DNA from: a virus
Lineage: Duplodnaviria > Caudoviricetes
Strand: one strand, 5' to 3'
Virus record (IMG/VR): IMGVR_UViG_3300028888_000052
Length of the DNA: 64,000 bases
Shown here: positions 63,993 through 64,000 of the stretch, piece by piece
Position numbering within the stretch: the stretch's first letter is position 1
Layout: each line of letters opens with the position of its first letter
The notes under the pieces: generated by a model
Database searches by the model: none
Seen by the model: only the letters and a program-made list of their open reading frames with translations
What the model was told of the DNA's origin: nothing
Program-made: the position numbers and the translations under genes

Positions 63993-64000
63993 AGTATTAA

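Noticed and set aside
1-64000. Alternative genetic code (TAG=Gln) as in Lak megaphages
   Set aside because: Genes are intact and densely packed under code 11 (3326-aa ORF with no TAG), and TAG ends several genes at plausible C-termini
1-64000. tRNA genes
   Set aside because: No cloverleaf or T-arm GTTCGA context recognised in intergenic regions by eye; tRNAscan-SE would be decisive

Overview
AT-rich, gene-dense segment of a large (jumbo-type) tailed phage with T4-like morphogenesis homologs: gp4-like head-completion nuclease, gp2-like DNA end protector, gp3/gp19-like tail protein and a gp21-like prohead protease paralog. The host is probably Bacteroidota (Bacteroidales-type OmpA, no Shine-Dalgarno motifs, TAnnTTTG-like elements in some promoters). 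The standard genetic code fits. Layout: about 0.2-14.9 kb is a late/virion block with sugar and nucleotide enzymes. About 15-20 kb and 33.8-56 kb are early small-ORF blocks driven by one repeated promoter; these carry RNA repair and ADP-ribose-reversal genes. 21.4-32.2 kb holds a 3326-aa tape-measure-like protein and a tail gene. 57-64 kb holds a helicase, methyltransferase and nucleases. Most notable: (1) about 14 unrelated proteins share a T4 internal-protein-like 10-aa N-terminal capsid-targeting tag ending in I/L-x-E; (2) an unannotated locus at 56.8-57.4 kb where an early promoter drives a string of Pro-rich micro-ORFs, followed by a highly structured ~225-nt ncRNA with its own terminator; (3) an apparently catalytically dead prohead-protease paralog among early genes; (4) a promoter+gene cassette flanked by a duplicated rtcB 3' end. 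All functional calls come from motif recognition by eye; no searches were run.
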